Source: Candidatus Sumerlaeia bacterium
GTDB taxonomy: Bacteria; Sumerlaeota; Sumerlaeia; SLMS01; JANRJK01
Direction: 5' to 3'
DNA: 64,000 nucleotides
Assembly: GCA_033764015.1 (NCBI GenBank)
Contig: JANRJK010000013.1
Location: forward strand, 320,001-384,000
Position 1 is the stretch's first letter; each line of letters opens with the position of its first letter. Below, one piece after another: positions 26,413-36,164 of the stretch. Below the pieces are notes generated by a model that saw only the letters and a program-made list of their open reading frames with translations, ran no database searches and was not told the DNA's origin. The position numbers and the translations under genes are program-made.

Positions 26413-29400
26413 CTAGCGCAGGATCCAGCCTTCCCCCGTAGCGCTCGGCGGGGGTGTGATGCCGAGCGCGGAGATCTGCGACGTGCCGAAGCCGTCCAGC
26501 GGGGAGATCACCGTCCGTGCCCCGATCACCGTGTTGATCGACGAGAAGATGTGCGCGCCCGCTTCGAATCCGGCGCGGTAGAGCGTCCCCGTCGCCGTGT
26601 CCCACTCGAGATCCTGCAGGAACAGGTCCGTGTCGTCGTAGCCAAGCGACGCACCCACGCGTGTCGCCACGCCGCTTGCCGGGTCGATCGCCACCAACCC
26701 CTCGGGTTGCCCGGCCGCAACATCGATGTCGATGGAGTAGTAGACGGAGCCGTTGGGCGGGATCGCGATGCCGAACAGGTCCACTGTGCCGGCGATTCCG
26801 CTCAGTGCAACGGAGCCTGACAACTCCCCCGTGCCCAGGTTGATTGTGTGGATGGAGGCGTTGATGGCCCCCGCGCCGAACTCTGTGGTCAGCGCATTCA
26901 TCTGCCCCGTCGCGGCATTCCAAGCAAGGCCCGCGAACTGGTGGTTGGCTGGGATGCCGGAGACCGCACCGATGTTGGTCCGCGCACCCGAAGCCGTGTT
27001 GATCGAGATGAGCGTCACCGGGGCGGTGAATTGGACCGCGTAGAAAGTCGAGCGATCCGTCCCCGCGAAGGAGCCGCCTTGGAACGATTCGGGGTAGGCC
27101 GAGGTCAACTGCCGGCTAAAGGTCCCGGCGATGTCCGCCGGGTCGAAGGCGACAAGCGCGTCCGGCCCCGATGTGTTCACGCCGTAGGCCCACCGCGACG
27201 GGAAAGCGCCGTCGTCGTTCGTCAGCACACCGGACCCCGATCCATCCAGGATCACCGCGTTCGAGGCGTTCGCGAGGCTAACCGTGACCGTCTCGTCCAA
27301 CTCGAACTGCGAATCCGTCGCCACCGACAGGCCAATGTTCTTGGCGCTCTCCGTCGGCAGGAACGTCACGGTGCCGAAGTACGGCGGGTTGAAATCGGAC
27401 GTGTTCGTCGTGCCGCCGAGCGACCAATCCACGGTCACGTTCCCGGGGCCGGGGTTCGGGACGTCGAGCGTGACCGGGAACGAAAGGGTGACGACGCCGT
27501 CGGTACCCTCCGAGACGTCGGCGACGTCGCCGACCGAGATCAGCGGCAGGCCCGCCGCGGGACGGACGAAGCCGAGCGCCGACACCGTGGCGTTGCCGCC
27601 ATTCATCGACGCGTCGAAGTTGCCGACGTTTGTGCTGGCGCCAGTCGAGGTGTTCACCAGGTAGAGATTGTTCGGGAAGTCCGCCGAAACGTCGTAGTTC
27701 GACACGTACAGGTTGCCGGTCAGGTAGTCGAACTTGAGGTCCATGTTGAGCGTCGGATCGCTCGTGATTCCGAGGGATCCGATGTTCGTCATGACTCCGC
27801 CGGTCATCGAGTAGAGGAACGTGGCGCCGGTCTCGTCGACATAGACCGAGTTGAATGGCCCCGTGGAGCCCGCGGTTTCGGGTATCGCGAACCCGAACAT
27901 CCGCGGAGCGGCGGTGGTACTCGATCCGGGCGCGTTGGTGCCAGCCCCCGAAGCAGTGCGCACGTTGGTGAGAGCGCCGGTCGCCAGATTGATGCTCTCG
28001 ATGCGGAAACCGCGGCTCGCATTGGCGCCCGTCGTGTCCGCCAGGAGCACCAGCATCCGGTCGCCGACCGGATCCCATGACATGCCGGCGAAGCGGTGGC
28101 CGGTGATGCCCGCCACTGTCCTCGTGCTCTCGATCGCGCCGGTGATCGTGTTGATTTCGAGCAGGTTCGCCGAGCTTCCGTTCGCCGCCCCGTATGTCAG
28201 CGCATAGAAGGTGAGCGCATCGCCGCCGAAGAAGTCGCCGCCCTGCAGGAGCGTGTTGCCGTTCGAGAGAGCGATCAGGTTCGCACTCGGCGTGTAGGCC
28301 ATCGACGCCTCCAGGTCCGCGGGATCGAACGCACCGATGCCCTCGGTGTCGTTGAGGCCGCCGGTGCCGCTGAAGGTGTTCACCGCGAAGCCGCGCGTCG
28401 GAGTCGGCGCCGGGTCGTCTTCAATGATCGTCCCCGTGCCCGTCAGCACCGCGGGGGTCGCCGGGCCCGCCAGGTTGCTGAGGTCCACCGTGAACGTCTC
28501 GTCGCCTTCCCAGACCGTGTCGGCGAGGATCGGCACCTGGATCGTCTGGAACTGCTCCGATGGGGGGAACGTCAGCGTGCCGGAAACCGCGGTGTAGTCG
28601 CTACCCGCCGTCGCCGTGCCGTCCGCCGTTGCGAAGTCCACCGTCACGTCGCCCGGGCCGGCGTTCGGCGTCTGGAGCGACACCGTGAACGTCATGCTCG
28701 CCGAGCCCGAGTTCCCCTCCGCCAACGAGGCGTTGTTGATCGACAGCGAATCCGCGGACGTGATGTTGAAACTGAAGTTCGCGTTCGACATGTCCCAGTA
28801 GACGTTTCCGGCTGCTTCGACCTTGATGCGCGCGGTCGAGCTCGACCCGACAGGCAGCGCCACGGTCTGCGCGCCGTCGTTCGGCGTTCCCGCAAGCAGC
28901 ACTGTGGGGAAGGTGTTCCCTCCGTCTGTGGACAGCAGGATGTTGACGCTCGCGGTGCTGATCGGCGCCGACGTCGTGCCGGCGACATCCCACGTCACGT
29001 TCAGCGGGTTCGTCGTGACGCTGACCGCCGTGTTGGGCGCCGTCACCTGGAACGGCCCCGCCGTACCGACGACATTGACAAACATGCTGTCGGTGCCGAC
29101 GCCGCCCCCGCCCGCGCGGTTGTCGCGGACCGTCAGGGTGAAGTCCATGCTGGGGCGGTTAACACTCGGCAACAACTCTCCGAGGGTCGACGTGTTGTTG
29201 ATGATGTCGGAGATACGCGGAAACGTGCGCGAGGGGTTTGTCGTCGGGGGGAACGAGCGCCAGAGCGGCTTCGTGCCGTTGTCCGCGGCCAACGCCGAGG
29301 AAGTCGCGCTCTGCTGGTCGCGGCACTCCCAGCTATACGTCAGCACATCGCCGCCGTCGGGGTCCGTACCCGAACCGGTCAGCGTGAAGGGCGTGCTGCG

Positions 29401-30780
29401 CGGAATCGCGTAGTTCGCCCCGGCGTTCGCCGTTGGTGGATTGTTTCCGGTGGCGGTGCCCGTCTGGCATGACTGCACGGCGAGGTACGCAAGCGCCCGC
29501 TCGATGGAATCGACGTGGAAGTTCGGATCGCTGTTCGGTTGGATGTTCTCCGACGAGCAGATGCCCGCGTAGCCCATGATCGTCGTGGCGCTACCAGGCT
29601 CCTGGTTCGCGGGCGGGTCCATGCCGCCGCACTCGTTCGCATTCGCGAATGTGTGACGCCCGCCGAACTGGTGCCCCAGCTCGTGCGCCACGAAGTCCAC
29701 CGCGAACGGATCACCGGTCGGGCCCCCGGAGAGGCCCCCCGATGACGACATGCCGCCGCTGTTGTTCGTGAGGCAGATGTTGCCGATTCCCCCCGCGATG
29801 CCGCCGCCGGAACCCGTCACGAAGAGGTGCGAGGCGTCCACTGCGCCGATCACCGACGCCACCGTCGACTCGAGCGTGTTCACCTCGGTACCGCTAACGT
29901 TGTTCGAGAACGGGTCGGTGCCCGTGTAGATGAGAAGGTCGTTGTTAGCCACAAGCGTCATGCGCACCGTCTTGTCGCGCTCGTAGATGCCGTTCACGCG
30001 GTTCATCACCGTGTTCACCGCGGAGAGGCCGGCGGGGACCGTGCCGCCGACCGCGGCGGTGTACTGCGTGCTCGTCGCCACCGCGAGGCTGTAAGTGCGG
30101 AGCGTTGTTCCCGTGATCGGCGTCCGGCTCGACCCGCCCTGCGAGGCGCGCAGCTTGCGCCACGCCATGAGCGTCGGATCGTCCTCGTCGCGCATCGGCA
30201 GCGGCTGTCCCATGCCATCGATGGCGGGTGTCTGGCAGCTCCACTCTTGCGGCGAATGCGGCCAGTCCGCGCGGTAATACACCACGTAGGCGTCCACGCT
30301 GTCTTTGAAGATCGGCTCGACCAGGTAGCCGCCGTCCGGCCCCAGAACCTGCGCCTTGAAGCCGTGCACCCCGACGTCCAGGTGGGCCGTATAGCCGCTT
30401 CCTTCGGCGCTCTCGCCGATGTAGGCCCTAATGTCGGGGTACTTCGCCGCCAGTTCCGGCGCGAGAAGCTGGTACTCCCAAACGCGGAAGCGCTCAAAGC
30501 CGCCGTCCGGGGTGGGAAGGTAAACTTCGAGGGGGGCGCCCCCGCGCTGGACCGTGCTCTCCATGGGCGCCGTCTTCAGCACCTCGGCTAGGAACGCACC
30601 GTCGGCCTCGAAGGCCGCGTGCTTGCCGGGAGTGAACCACGTCGCGCTGCGGGAGAGATCGTGGCCGGTGTCGAAGTGCTGCCAAAGTCCGTCGGGCGAG
30701 GGCGTCAGCGCGAAGGCGGAACTGGACAACGCCAGCGCGGCCGCCGTGAGGGCGCACCTCCGGGCGGATGAAAGTCGCAT
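26413..30780 (-). CDS. secreted reprolysin-like (M12B) zinc metallopeptidase with Calx-beta and beta-propeller-like domains (paralog 1)
   Basis: Signal peptide, prodomain LPTPDG.FERF, HELGHQFGGRH, Met-turn TIMGY, Calx-beta motifs (EGNSG, TADGTATAGSDY, EGDETFTV). The second Met is favoured as start because GGAG lies just upstream; alternative start 30792. Confidence 0.88.
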   Translation of the reverse strand: MRLSSARRCALTAAALALSSSAFALTPSPDGLWQHFDTGHDLSRSATWFTPGKHAAFEADGAFLAEVLKTAPMESTVQRGGAPLEVYLPTPDGGFERFRVWEYQLLAPELAAKYPDIRAYIGESAEGSGYTAHLDVGVHGFKAQVLGPDGGYLVEPIFKDSVDAYVVYYRADWPHSPQEWSCQTPAIDGMGQPLPMRDEDDPTLMAWRKLRASQGGSSRTPITGTTLRTYSLAVATSTQYTAAVGGTVPAGLSAVNTVMNRVNGIYERDKTVRMTLVANNDLLIYTGTDPFSNNVSGTEVNTLESTVASVIGAVDASHLFVTGSGGGIAGGIGNICLTNNSGGMSSSGGLSGGPTGDPFAVDFVAHELGHQFGGRHTFANANECGGMDPPANQEPGSATTIMGYAGICSSENIQPNSDPNFHVDSIERALAYLAVQSCQTGTATGNNPPTANAGANYAIPRSTPFTLTGSGTDPDGGDVLTYSWECRDQQSATSSALAADNGTKPLWRSFPPTTNPSRTFPRISDIINNTSTLGELLPSVNRPSMDFTLTVRDNRAGGGGVGTDSMFVNVVGTAGPFQVTAPNTAVSVTTNPLNVTWDVAGTTSAPISTASVNILLSTDGGNTFPTVLLAGTPNDGAQTVALPVGSSSTARIKVEAAGNVYWDMSNANFSFNITSADSLSINNASLAEGNSGSASMTFTVSLQTPNAGPGDVTVDFATADGTATAGSDYTAVSGTLTFPPSEQFQTIQVPILADTVWEGDETFTVDLSNLAGPATPAVLTGTGTIIEDDPAPTPTRGFAVNTFSGTGGLNDTEGIGAFDPADLEASMAYTPSANLIALSNGNTLLQGGDFFGGDALTFYALTYGAANGSSANLLEINTITGAIESTRTVAGITGHRFAGMSWDPVGDRMLVLLADTTGANASRGFRIESINLATGALTNVRTASGAGTNAPGSSTTAAPRMFGFAIPETAGSTGPFNSVYVDETGATFLYSMTGGVMTNIGSLGITSDPTLNMDLKFDYLTGNLYVSNYDVSADFPNNLYLVNTSTGASTNVGNFDASMNGGNATVSALGFVRPAAGLPLISVGDVADVSEGTDGVVTLSFPVTLDVPNPGPGNVTVDWSLGGTTNTSDFNPPYFGTVTFLPTESAKNIGLSVATDSQFELDETVTVSLANASNAVILDGSGSGVLTNDDGAFPSRWAYGVNTSGPDALVAFDPADIAGTFSRQLTSAYPESFQGGSFAGTDRSTFYAVQFTAPVTLISINTASGARTNIGAVSGIPANHQFAGLAWNAATGQMNALTTEFGAGAINASIHTINLGTGELSGSVALSGIAGTVDLFGIAIPPNGSVYYSIDIDVAAGQPEGLVAIDPASGVATRVGASLGYDDTDLFLQDLEWDTATGTLYRAGFEAGAHIFSSINTVIGARTVISPLDGFGTSQISALGITPPPSATGEGWILR

Positions 30781-31144
30781 CGGGAACTCCATGGGTTTTG
30801 GGGGATAGAATTGCCGGTGTCGGCGCCGACCCGGATGGCGGAACGGGCACTACACCCGCCAAAGCAGGATGTTGCGGCGTTGTTCGCCGCCCCTCAACCC
30901 GAAACCGGGAGTGGTGGGAAGAATCTTCCACGGTAATATTCCGCCCGCGAAGGGATCCCCCGCAGGCGTTGCCCAGGCCATGTACCCGGCGAGCTCGATT
31001 GTGGCTCACCAGGCCTGGGTAGCCCTCCGCATCGCCGCCGCTCGTCCGCGCACCCTCGCATCCGCGGAGGCGCTGGAAGCGAGAAGGCACTGAGCATGTC
31101 TGCGCGGTTCTCAACCCGAACGTTCTACGGGGCGCAAAACGACT

Positions 31145-31175
31145 GCGCCCCCGCTGGGATTTCCAGCGGGGGCGC
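31145..31175 (-). terminator. terminator between the two metallopeptidase paralogs
   Basis: gcgcccccgctgg-gattt-ccagcgggggcgc, 13-bp stem extended by aaacgac/gtcgttt. Confidence 0.7.
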
Positions 31176-31214
31176 GTCGTTTCGTTGCGTGGTCCGGCGG
31201 GAGCCGGAGGGCTG

Positions 31215-34200
31215 CTACTCCACCAGCATCCAGTCCTCGACCGAGGCGTTCGCCGGGGTGATTCCCAAGGCGGGAATCTGCGGGGTGCCATAGGTGTCGA
31301 GCGTCGCGATCACGGTTCGCGCACCGCTCGCCGTGTTGATCGACGAGAAGACATGCACGCCCGCCTCGAACCCGGCGCGGTAGAGCGTCCCCGTCGCCGT
31401 GTCCATCGCGATGTCCTGCAGGAACAGGTCCGCGTCGTCGTAGCCGAGCGACGTGCCGACGCGGGTCGCCACGCCGGTCGCCGTGTTGATGCTCACGAGG
31501 CCTTCCGGCTGACCGGCGCTGGTATCCACGTCGATGGCGTACGCCGTGCCACCCGCCGCCGGGACCGCCATGCCCAACAGGTCCACCGTGCCGCTGATGC
31601 CGCTCAGTGCCACGGAACTCGTGAGGGCGCCGGTGCCGAGGTTGATCGTGTGGATCGACGCGTTCATTGCCAGAGCGCCGATCTCGGCGGTGAGCGCCCG
31701 CATCTGCCCCGCCGCGGCGTCCCACGCCATGCCCACGAAGAGATGGTTCGCGGGAATGCCCGAGACCGCCCCGATGTTCGTCCGCGCGCCGGTCGCCGTG
31801 TTGATCGAAACCAGCGTCACCGGTGCGGTGAATTGCACCGCGTAGAACGTTGTGCGGTCCGTGCCCGCGAAGGAGCCGCCTTGGAACGCCTCCGTAAAGC
31901 TGGTGGTCTCCTGCCGCGTGAAGGTCCCCGCCATGTTCGCCGGGTCGAACGCCACCAGCGCGTCCGTGCCGAACGTGTTCAGGCCGTAGGCCCAACGTGC
32001 AGGCAGCGAACCGTCGTCGTTCGTCAGTGTCGATGTCCCGAGGCCGTCCAGGATAACCGCGTTCGTGGCATTCGTGAGGCTCACCGAAACCGACTCGTTC
32101 AGTTCGAACTGCGAGTCCGTGACCACCGACAGGGAGATCGTCTCCGATGCGTCGGTCGGCACGAACGTCAGCGTGCCCGAGTAGGGCGGATTGAAGTCGC
32201 TCGTATCGGCTGTGCCGCCAAGCGACCAGTTGACGGTCACATTGCCGGGGCCGGGGTTCGGGATGTCGAGCGTCACGGGGAACAGGAGGGTGTTGGAACC
32301 GCCGGTTCCTTCCGGTCCGGCGGCGACATCGCCGATCGACATGATCGGCTGGCCCGCCACCGGGCGAACAAAGCCCAGCGCCGAGACCGTCGCATACCCG
32401 CCCACGGGAGTGTCGAGATTCCCGACGTTCGTGCTCGCGCCCGTCGTGGTGTTCACCTCGTAGAGGTTGTTCGCGAAGCCATTGGCCGAGTCGTAGTTCG
32501 ACACGTACAGTTTACCCGTCAGGTAGTCGAACTTCAGGTCCATGTTGATCGTCTGGTCGCTGGTGACGCCCATCGCTCCGACCAATGTCATCGTCGTGCC
32601 GTTGATCCGGTAGAGCGAAGTGGCCCCCGCAGCCGACACATAGACCGTGTACAATGGCCCCGTGGCGGTCGCGTTGCTGGGGATCGCGAGCCCGTAGAAG
32701 CGGCCGTTCTGCGGCGTGCCGTTGTTCGTGGCCGAGGCGACCGCGGTGAGTGCGCCGGTGGAGAGATTAATGGAGCGGATGTCGATGCCGCGGTTGCCGG
32801 CGGCCGCCCCCGTGGTGTCCGTCGCGAGCACAAGCATCCGCCCAGCTCCCGAATTGAAGAACGGATCCCAGCAGATGCCCGTGAAGCGGTGGTTCGCGAT
32901 TCCCGTCACCGTGGAGTTCGCCGTCTGCGCCCTCGTCACCGTGTTGAACGTTCGCAGGGTCACATTAGCCCCGTTGGTGGCGCTGTACGTGAGCGCGTAG
33001 AAGTTGCTGGCGTCGCTCCCGTTGAAGTCGCCGCCCTGGAAGTAGGTGGTCGCGTTGGACGCCGCGATAATGTTCAATTCCGTCGAGTAGCTCATGCTGC
33101 CCGCGATGTTGGACGGGTCGAAGGAGGCGAGACCCTCGAGGTCGTTGGTGGCGCCGGTGCCGGTGTCCGTGTTGATCGCGAAGGCGCGGGTCGGCGCCGG
33201 GGGAGTGTCATCGTTCTGGATCGTGCCCACGCCGGTGAGGTCTCCGGTGACCACCTCCCCGGTGATGCCTGAAAGGCTGACGTTGAACGTCTCGTTCGCC
33301 TCGAAGTCCGCGTCGCCGTTCACCACAACCGTGATGTTCTGCGTGGTCGCCGACGGGGCGAACACCACGGTTCCCGAGGCTGCCGTGTAGTCGACGCCGG
33401 CCGATGCCGTTCCGCCACCTGTCGAGTAGTTCGCGCTGATGCTGCCCGGTCCCGGGTTCGCGAAGGACAAGCTCACCGGGAACACGAGGTTCGTCGTTCC
33501 GCTGTTTCCTTCCGTGGCCGACACATCCGCGATGCTGATGGCCGGGGGGGTCGGGTCGTCGTTCTGGATGTTTCCCTGGCCCACCATGTCGCCCGCCGTC
33601 GCGGGGCCGGCCAGGTTCGAGAGCGTGACGTTGAACGTCTCGTCGGCCTCGAAGCTCGTGTCGCCGTTGATGGTGACGGAGACGTTCTTGAACTGCTCCG
33701 TGGGGAGGAAGGTGAGCGACCCGGACCCTGCCACGTAGTCCGAACCCGCCGTCGCGGAGCTGTTGGAAGTCGCCCAGTCGACCGTCACATTGCCCGGCCC
33801 CGGGTTCGGCGACGCCAGCGAGATGAGGAACGTCATCGATGTCGTCCCCGAGTTCCCTTCCGCCTGCGCCACGTCGTTGATGCTGATCGCGTCGCTGCCG
33901 CTGATCGTGTAGCTGAAGTTCGTGTTCGACATGTCCCAGTAGACGTTGCCGACCGCCTCGACCTTGATGCGCGCGGTGGTGCTGGTGCCGTTCGGCAGGG
34001 TGATCGACTGCGAACCGTCGTTCGGCGTGTTCGCCAGCAGCACCGTCGGGAAGGTGTTCCCGCCGTTCGTGGACAGCAGGATGTTCACGTTCGCCGTGCT
34101 GATCGGCGCCGCCGTCGTGTTGGCGACGTTCCAAGTAACGTTGACTGGGTTCGACGTGAAGTTGGCCGCGGTGTTGGGCGCGGTGACCGTGAACGGCCCG

Positions 34201-35942
34201 GCGGTTCCGACGACGTTGAGGAACATGCTGTCCGTTGCGACGCCGCCCCCGTTCGCGCGGTTGTCGCGCACGGTCAGCGTGAAGTCCATGCTGGGGCGGT
34301 TCAACGAGGCCATCATCTCGCCAAGCGTCGACGTGTTGTTGATGACATCGGAAAGGCGCGGGAAGGTGCGCGAGGGGCTTGTGGTCGGGGGGAACGAGCG
34401 CCAGAGCGGCTTGGTCCCGTTGTCCGCGGCGAGGGCCGAAGAAGTCGCCGCCTGCTGGTCGCGGCACTCCCAACTGTACGTGATCGAGTCGAGGTCCGCA
34501 TCCGCCCCTGTTCCGGTCAGCGTGAAGGGCGTGCTGATCGGGATCGCGAAATCGGCCCCCGCATTCGCCGTCGGGATTGTGTTCCCGGTAACCGTGGTGT
34601 CCTGACAAGCCTGGGTGCCGAGGTAGGCCACCATGCGCTCGATCGAATCGACGTGGAAATTCGGGTCGCTGTTAGCCTGGATGTTCTCCGAGGAGCAGAT
34701 GCCCGCGTAGCCCATGATCGTCGTGGCGCTGCCAGGCTCCTGGTTCGCCGGCGGGTCCATACCGCCGCACGCCGTCGCATTGCCGAAGGTGTGGCGACCG
34801 CCGTACTGGTGGCCCAGCTCGTGCGCGACGAAATCGATCGCGAACGGATCGCCGGTCGGACCGCCCGCCAAGCCTTCGGTGGAAGACATACCGCCACTGT
34901 TGGCCGCGAGGCAGATGTTGCCGATACCGCCGGCGATACCACCGCCGGCTCCCGTTACGAAGAGGTGCGAGACGTCCACCGTCGGGGCGACGGTGATCAG
35001 GGTGTTCACCTGCGCCTCGAGGGTGTTCACCTGGGCGGAGCTGACGTCGTTGCTGTAGGGGTCCGTGCCCGAGTTCGTGAAGATGGTGTTCGACGTGTTC
35101 GGGTGGAGGATCATGCGCACGTTGATGTCGCGCTCATAGACGGCGTTCACCTTGTTCACAACCGTTGTGATCGCCGAAAGCGTGGTGGGCACGGTCCCGC
35201 CGGTGGACGCGGCGTATTCGCCGGAGGTCGAGACGGCGAGGACGTAGTCGCGCCGGTTCGCGAGTGTGAGCGGGGCGCGGGACGTGCCGCCTTCCGATCC
35301 CTCGCCGCGGAGGGCGCGCCAAGCCTTCAGCGTCGGGTCGTCGTCGTCGTTCGTCGGAAGAGGCTCGCCGAGGCCGTTGAATGCACCCGTCTGGCAGCTC
35401 ATATCCACACCTTCCGGCTTCGGGAAGTCGGCGGTGTAGTAGGCGACGTACTCGTCAAGGCTGTCCTTGAAGATCGGGGTGACGAAGTACCGGCCCCCCT
35501 CGCCGAGGACCTGCGCGTTGAAGCCGAGATAGGTGGCGTCGAGGCGCACCGTGCGGGTCGCGTTCTCCACGCTGCGGCCGAGGTAGGTGCGGATTCCGGG
35601 GTACTTGGCAGCCAGCTCGGGATGCAGAAGCTGGTACTCCCAGATCTCGAACCGCTCGAACCCGCCGTCCGGAGTGGGCAGGTCGACTTCAAGCCCAGAG
35701 GAGACAGAGCGCTGGGCGCCGTCCATCGGAGCCTGAAGGAGGACATCGCGAAGCACATTGAAATCGGTTTCAAAGGCGGAGTGCTTTCCGGGCGTGAGCC
35801 AGGTGGCCCGGCGGGAAAGCTCGTGTCCGGTGTCGACGTGCTGCCAGAGCCCGTCGGGCGAGGGCGTCCACGCGAGGGCGGAGCTGGATAGGGCCAGCGA
35901 AGCCGCGGCGAGGGCGCACCTGCGGGCGGATGAAAAGCGCAT
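31215..35942 (-). CDS. secreted reprolysin-like (M12B) zinc metallopeptidase with Calx-beta and beta-propeller-like domains (paralog 2)
   Basis: HELGHQYGGRH, TIMGY; same architecture as paralog 1 with one more Calx-beta repeat; alternative start 35954. Confidence 0.88.
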   Translation of the reverse strand: MRFSSARRCALAAASLALSSSALAWTPSPDGLWQHVDTGHELSRRATWLTPGKHSAFETDFNVLRDVLLQAPMDGAQRSVSSGLEVDLPTPDGGFERFEIWEYQLLHPELAAKYPGIRTYLGRSVENATRTVRLDATYLGFNAQVLGEGGRYFVTPIFKDSLDEYVAYYTADFPKPEGVDMSCQTGAFNGLGEPLPTNDDDDPTLKAWRALRGEGSEGGTSRAPLTLANRRDYVLAVSTSGEYAASTGGTVPTTLSAITTVVNKVNAVYERDINVRMILHPNTSNTIFTNSGTDPYSNDVSSAQVNTLEAQVNTLITVAPTVDVSHLFVTGAGGGIAGGIGNICLAANSGGMSSTEGLAGGPTGDPFAIDFVAHELGHQYGGRHTFGNATACGGMDPPANQEPGSATTIMGYAGICSSENIQANSDPNFHVDSIERMVAYLGTQACQDTTVTGNTIPTANAGADFAIPISTPFTLTGTGADADLDSITYSWECRDQQAATSSALAADNGTKPLWRSFPPTTSPSRTFPRLSDVINNTSTLGEMMASLNRPSMDFTLTVRDNRANGGGVATDSMFLNVVGTAGPFTVTAPNTAANFTSNPVNVTWNVANTTAAPISTANVNILLSTNGGNTFPTVLLANTPNDGSQSITLPNGTSTTARIKVEAVGNVYWDMSNTNFSYTISGSDAISINDVAQAEGNSGTTSMTFLISLASPNPGPGNVTVDWATSNSSATAGSDYVAGSGSLTFLPTEQFKNVSVTINGDTSFEADETFNVTLSNLAGPATAGDMVGQGNIQNDDPTPPAISIADVSATEGNSGTTNLVFPVSLSFANPGPGSISANYSTGGGTASAGVDYTAASGTVVFAPSATTQNITVVVNGDADFEANETFNVSLSGITGEVVTGDLTGVGTIQNDDTPPAPTRAFAINTDTGTGATNDLEGLASFDPSNIAGSMSYSTELNIIAASNATTYFQGGDFNGSDASNFYALTYSATNGANVTLRTFNTVTRAQTANSTVTGIANHRFTGICWDPFFNSGAGRMLVLATDTTGAAAGNRGIDIRSINLSTGALTAVASATNNGTPQNGRFYGLAIPSNATATGPLYTVYVSAAGATSLYRINGTTMTLVGAMGVTSDQTINMDLKFDYLTGKLYVSNYDSANGFANNLYEVNTTTGASTNVGNLDTPVGGYATVSALGFVRPVAGQPIMSIGDVAAGPEGTGGSNTLLFPVTLDIPNPGPGNVTVNWSLGGTADTSDFNPPYSGTLTFVPTDASETISLSVVTDSQFELNESVSVSLTNATNAVILDGLGTSTLTNDDGSLPARWAYGLNTFGTDALVAFDPANMAGTFTRQETTSFTEAFQGGSFAGTDRTTFYAVQFTAPVTLVSINTATGARTNIGAVSGIPANHLFVGMAWDAAAGQMRALTAEIGALAMNASIHTINLGTGALTSSVALSGISGTVDLLGMAVPAAGGTAYAIDVDTSAGQPEGLVSINTATGVATRVGTSLGYDDADLFLQDIAMDTATGTLYRAGFEAGVHVFSSINTASGARTVIATLDTYGTPQIPALGITPANASVEDWMLVE

Positions 35943-36104
35943 AGCTGACTCCATAGGCTAGGGGATGGGTCGTGTCCGGTCGGGGGACCGGGCGCGGCCA
36001 ACGGGATGGGGTTCTTTGCCCGTCAATGCAACAGGGTGGGTAACGAATCCCCGCCCTTCAATCCCAAAAGCGACCCATTGGGCAGAAACTTACCATGAAG
36101 CGAG

Positions 36105-36138
36105 ATGCGCCCGCCGGATCTCAACCCGGCGGGCGCAT
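36105..36138 (-). terminator. hairpin terminator after the pdh operon
   Basis: atgcgcccgccgg-atctcaac-ccggcgggcgcat, 13-bp stem. Confidence 0.65.
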
Positions 36139-36164
36139 GTCCAACTGTTCAACACACTAAAAAC

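Noticed and set aside
30917..30929. GGAAGA-A-TCTTCC palindrome upstream of protease paralog 1 as an operator
   Set aside because: Single short occurrence, not seen upstream of paralog 2; insufficient support
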